From the sequence record DRR723986_7087: a stretch of DNA of 64,000 nt; one strand, given 5' to 3'. Of this stretch, positions 60,832 to 64,000 are shown in pieces. The translations under genes and the position numbers were made by a program. The notes beneath the pieces are model-generated. The model had not been told where the DNA came from and made no database searches. It was given only the letters and a program-made list of their open reading frames with translations. The stretch's first letter is position 1. Each line of letters starts with the position of its first letter.

Positions 60832-61092
60832 CTAGCGCAGCCCCGTCGCTGGAATAAATTGCTGGTAGCGTTGCAAGCATTGCGTTTTCCGCTCTCGCAA
60901 TTGCCGCTGCTGCTTATCACTCACAACGGTCACCTCGCTGAGACGGTCGCAGGGCCACTGTGCGATCGCAGGCTCAGACGCCGGGCGCACCGCTGGCGAC
61001 CAACGCTCTATTGGCGGCTGTGCCGTCGGCGTCTCAGCCGCCACAGGCGCTGACACCGCGAGCATGAAAAGCAATGGAAAAGCGGTTGGCAT
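60832..61092 (-). CDS. Small hypothetical exported protein
   Basis: Signal-peptide-like N-terminus and two Cys; stop directly abuts the rlmD ATG (TAGATG). Confidence 0.6.
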   Translation of the reverse strand: MPTAFPLLFMLAVSAPVAAETPTAQPPIERWSPAVRPASEPAIAQWPCDRLSEVTVVSDKQQRQLRERKTQCLQRYQQFIPATGLR

Positions 61093-61229
61093 AGGGCACT
61101 CTTGCAATTATTCGTCGAAAAGCCGCTATTTTAGCCCTGTTCACCGCCAGTTGATATTTTATTGGCACGCTTTTCAGTTAGAATATCAGGCTCTATAACG
61201 TTTTGATTCGGGACAGAATCCGGTAAGCC

Positions 61230-62306
61230 ATGTCAGAAACCATCATCGAAAACCTTAATGTCGAAGCACAGGAAGTGCTGATTACTCCTGCGCGCCTGAA
61301 GGCGGCCCTGCCAATGAGCGACAGCGCCAAAGCCGTTGTCTCTGCCGGTCGCGAAACCGTGCGCAATATCCTGGATGGCAAGGACCACCGCATGTTTATT
61401 GTGGTTGGCCCCTGCTCTATTCACGATGTCGAACTGGCTATGGATTATGCTCAGCGCTTGAAAACGCTGGCTGATGAGCTTCAAGACACGCTAGTGATCG
61501 TTATGCGCGTGTATTTTGAAAAACCGCGTACTACCGTGGGTTGGAAGGGTTTGATCAACGACCCCTACCTTAACGACACCTTTAAAATTGAAGAGGGTTT
61601 GCATATCGGCCGCAAATTGCTGCTCGATATTGCCGAGCTGGGCTTGCCGACCTCAACCGAAGCTCTGGACCCTATTTCGCCTCAGTACTTGCAGGATTGC
61701 ATTTCCTGGTCGGCGATTGGTGCGAGAACAACCGAGTCGCAGACTCACCGCGAAATGGCCAGCGGCCTGTCTTCTGCCGTCGGCTTTAAGAACGGGACCG
61801 ACGGCGGCTTAGACGTTGCCATGAACGCTATTGGCTCAGCGGTAAAACCCCACCGTTTTCTCGGTATTAACGGCGAAGGCCAGGTGGCAGTGATCCACAC
61901 GCGCGGCAACCGTTACGCCCATGTGGTATTGCGCGGCGGTAGCGCCGGGCCTAACTATGACTCTGTTCATATTAAATTGTGTGAAGCCGCCCTGGATAAA
62001 GCCGGATACCCACTCAATATCATGGTGGACTGCAGCCACGCAAACTCCAACAAGCAACCGAGCCTCCAGCCTCTGGTTATGGAGAATGTCACTAACCAGA
62101 TCATCGAAGGTAACACCTCGATTATCGGTTTGATGATCGAAAGTAATCTCAAACCCGGCAACCAAAAAATCCCGGCTGACCTTTCTGAGCTCGAATACGG
62201 CGTATCAGTCACTGATGGCTGCATCGGCTGGGAGGAAACTGAGGCTGCACTGCGCGATATGCGCGATAAACTTCGCGATGTGCTCCCCGGCCGCAAGCGC
62301 GGTTAA
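61230..62306 (+). CDS. aroG: Class I DAHP synthase (AroF/G/H family; paralogue identity uncertain)
   Basis: VGPCSIHD, RVYFEKPRTTVGWKG, IGARTTESQTHRE and DCSHAN motifs. Confidence 0.93.
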   Translation: MSETIIENLNVEAQEVLITPARLKAALPMSDSAKAVVSAGRETVRNILDGKDHRMFIVVGPCSIHDVELAMDYAQRLKTLADELQDTLVIVMRVYFEKPRTTVGWKGLINDPYLNDTFKIEEGLHIGRKLLLDIAELGLPTSTEALDPISPQYLQDCISWSAIGARTTESQTHREMASGLSSAVGFKNGTDGGLDVAMNAIGSAVKPHRFLGINGEGQVAVIHTRGNRYAHVVLRGGSAGPNYDSVHIKLCEAALDKAGYPLNIMVDCSHANSNKQPSLQPLVMENVTNQIIEGNTSIIGLMIESNLKPGNQKIPADLSELEYGVSVTDGCIGWEETEAALRDMRDKLRDVLPGRKRG

Positions 62307-62325
62307 AAGCCCCACCGGAAAGATT

Positions 62326-62352
62326 AAAAGGCGCCAATTGGCGCCTTTTTTA
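62326..62352. terminator. Bidirectional Rho-independent terminator
   Basis: Perfect palindrome AAAAGGCGCCAATTGGCGCCTTTT with a T-tract on each strand. Confidence 0.8.
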
Positions 62353-62418
62353 TTATTTATTGATCCACCCGAATATTTTTGGCGTAAAGCTAAGTGCTTC
62401 TACACCATCTATGGCTTT

Positions 62419-62445
62419 GCCCCGGTTTATCCGGGGCTTTTTTTT
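62419..62445 (+). terminator. Second + strand Rho-independent terminator
   Basis: GCCCCGG-TTTAT-CCGGGGC-TTTTTTTT. Confidence 0.75.
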
Positions 62446-63184
62446 AGCCATTGGGTAAAGCAAATTCAGCATAAAGGGCGCAGTGATCAGACAGCGACCG
62501 CCACGGCTCTCCGCGAAGCACCTTCGCCTCACGCAATACCAAGCCCTTGTAGTAAATGCGATCCAGCGGCAACAGTGGATACGGTGCGGGGAAGCTCTTT
62601 GCGGGGCGCCCCTGTATTTCCGTCATCGCTTCCCGAACATCCAGATCACGATAGAAATGCTTGTGCAGACGCAACTGCCAGTCGTTAAAATCTCCGGCGA
62701 TAATCAAGCCCTCAGCAGCGCTATCTCGCGCCATAAGCTGATGCTTCAATTGCTTGAATTGGCGGCGCCGTTCCCAGGCCAACAAGCCCATATGCGCACA
62801 GACAAGCTGAACACCGGGAGTAATTTGCGCGAACAGTAAGCCGCGCTGGGAGCGCTTCATCACTGACACATCGACATTATCGCTGTTAACAATGGGATAT
62901 TTGCTGAGGATGGCATTGCCGTGATGACCGTGCTGATAGATCGCATTGCGGCCGTAGGCAAAATGCGGCCACACGCTGTCAGCCAGGTACTCAAACTGGC
63001 CCGCGTCCACCCAATTTTCCCAGCGTTTTGCGTGGTCGCGGTTTTCGCCAACAACTTCCTGTAGAAAGACAATGTCGGCGTTTACACTGCGAATGCCCTC
63101 GCGAATTTCATCGAGCAAATAGCGCCGGTTGCGGGCGCTGAACCCTTTGTGCACGTTATAGGAAAGTATTCGCAGCGACTTCAC
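62444..63184 (-). CDS. Endonuclease/exonuclease/phosphatase family protein (YbhP-like)
   Basis: SYNVHKG, DIVFLQEV, HHGNAILS, AGDFNDW, LDRIY and SDH motifs. Confidence 0.92.
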   Translation of the reverse strand: MKSLRILSYNVHKGFSARNRRYLLDEIREGIRSVNADIVFLQEVVGENRDHAKRWENWVDAGQFEYLADSVWPHFAYGRNAIYQHGHHGNAILSKYPIVNSDNVDVSVMKRSQRGLLFAQITPGVQLVCAHMGLLAWERRRQFKQLKHQLMARDSAAEGLIIAGDFNDWQLRLHKHFYRDLDVREAMTEIQGRPAKSFPAPYPLLPLDRIYYKGLVLREAKVLRGEPWRSLSDHCALYAEFALPNG

Positions 63185-63187
63185 AAG

Positions 63188-63640
63188 TTAGCATTCCGCA
63201 TGGCAGTGTTTCTGTTTACGGCCACTGCCACAACAGCAGCGGTCGTTGCGCGCAAGCTTGATAGCTGGCAGTTGATCACCTTCGGTGTAGTACCACCTGC
63301 CGTCCATACGAATAAACCGAGAGCGCTCATGCAACTGCGCTACGCGCCCCTGCTGACTATAAAATGCCACAAATTCGACGGTCGCCGCGTCCGCCTGTGG
63401 GGCTGGCGCAGCCAATATACGCAGGCCTAGCCAGGGCGTGTCATCGCTAATAAGTGGGTCTTGCGGGCGAAAATCGGGGTGCCAGCTATCGCGAAGGTAG
63501 CGATTGTCGCCCACTACGAATGCACAGTAGCGCGAGCGCATCAATTGCTCGGCCGTGCTCGCGGTGGCCTGATGAGTGTGATAGCGCTGACAGCAATCCG
63601 CGTAGTTGCTATCACTGCCGCAGGGGCACGCCGCGTCCAT
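63188..63640 (-). CDS. ychJ: YchJ family SEC-C motif protein
   Basis: CPCGS..Y..CC, TAEQLMRSRY, VEFVA and HERSRF; C-terminal SEC-C-like motif. Confidence 0.88.
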   Translation of the reverse strand: MDAACPCGSDSNYADCCQRYHTHQATASTAEQLMRSRYCAFVVGDNRYLRDSWHPDFRPQDPLISDDTPWLGLRILAAPAPQADAATVEFVAFYSQQGRVAQLHERSRFIRMDGRWYYTEGDQLPAIKLARNDRCCCGSGRKQKHCHAEC

Positions 63641-63999
63641 CAGGCCGGTTTTGCAGGAATTAAACTGGGATCAGTGACTTGCCAGTCACTTGGCAGCGCA
63701 ATGGCGCTGCGCGTCTCGCGATCAAAACCGACAATCACACTGCTCGAGGTGGTGGCACATTCGCCATTGGCATAGATGTGGTGTTCGATGGTCATGCTTT
63801 TGTTGCCAACGTGCGAGCACCAGGTATCGACAACAACCTCGTGGTCGAAGCGAATTTCACGCAGCATATCCATTTTCACACTCGCCACCACGTTATGAGG
63901 CGCTTTGGAGACTTTATCCAACTCGCGAAAAAAATCGATGCGCGCCAAGTCAAAATATTGCGCGTAGACGCTGTTAGACACGTGGCCGAGAAAGTCTAA
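63640..63999 (-). CDS. 4HBT-like acyl-CoA thioesterase (5' truncated by window edge)
   Basis: Frame is open to the window edge: LDFLGHVSNSVYAQYFDLAR hotdog motif. Confidence 0.85.
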   Translation of the reverse strand, partial: LDFLGHVSNSVYAQYFDLARIDFFRELDKVSKAPHNVVASVKMDMLREIRFDHEVVVDTWCSHVGNKSMTIEHHIYANGECATTSSSVIVGFDRETRSAIALPSDWQVTDPSLIPAKPA

Positions 64000-64000
64000 G

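Noticed and set aside
61162-61180. Sigma54 promoter (TTGGCACG) upstream of DAHP synthase
   Set aside because: The -12 position reads AG rather than the required GC.

Overview
Chromosomal 64 kb window from a Gammaproteobacterium. Gene order resembles Pseudomonas and marine Cellvibrionales (inference; no database search was possible). Left (1-17.7 kb): conserved core block icd, cspD, clpS-clpA, infA, bpt/ate-aat, trxB, ftsK-lolA-rarA-crcB-serS-cysG-gor, prc. Next come a ketosteroid-isomerase-like gene, modABC and a divergent TetR/enoyl-CoA hydratase pair. A 28-bp XerCD dif site lies at 22424-22451, and the KOPS octamers I found by eye switch polarity across it, so this is very likely the replication terminus. 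Directly right of dif is a 17 kb catabolic cluster whose substrate I cannot assign. It encodes a carotenoid/stilbene-type cleavage oxygenase, a secreted tannase/feruloyl esterase, a TonB-dependent receptor, a PaaN-like dehydrogenase, three thiolases with non-canonical motifs, two CoA ligases, a nitronate-monooxygenase-family enzyme and a thioesterase. Its tandem-HxlR regulator has three candidate operator sites. Right (39.5-64 kb): orphan gspG-like gene, yhdH, sohB, fimL-like gene, dnaQ-rnhA, gloB-mltD, a Yej-type peptide ABC system, AraC, two phosphatases, rlmG, an LLM oxidoreductase, rlmD, DAHP synthase, a possible small RNA, an EEP hydrolase, ychJ and a partial thioesterase. No rRNA, tRNA, CRISPR array, integrase or transposase was seen.
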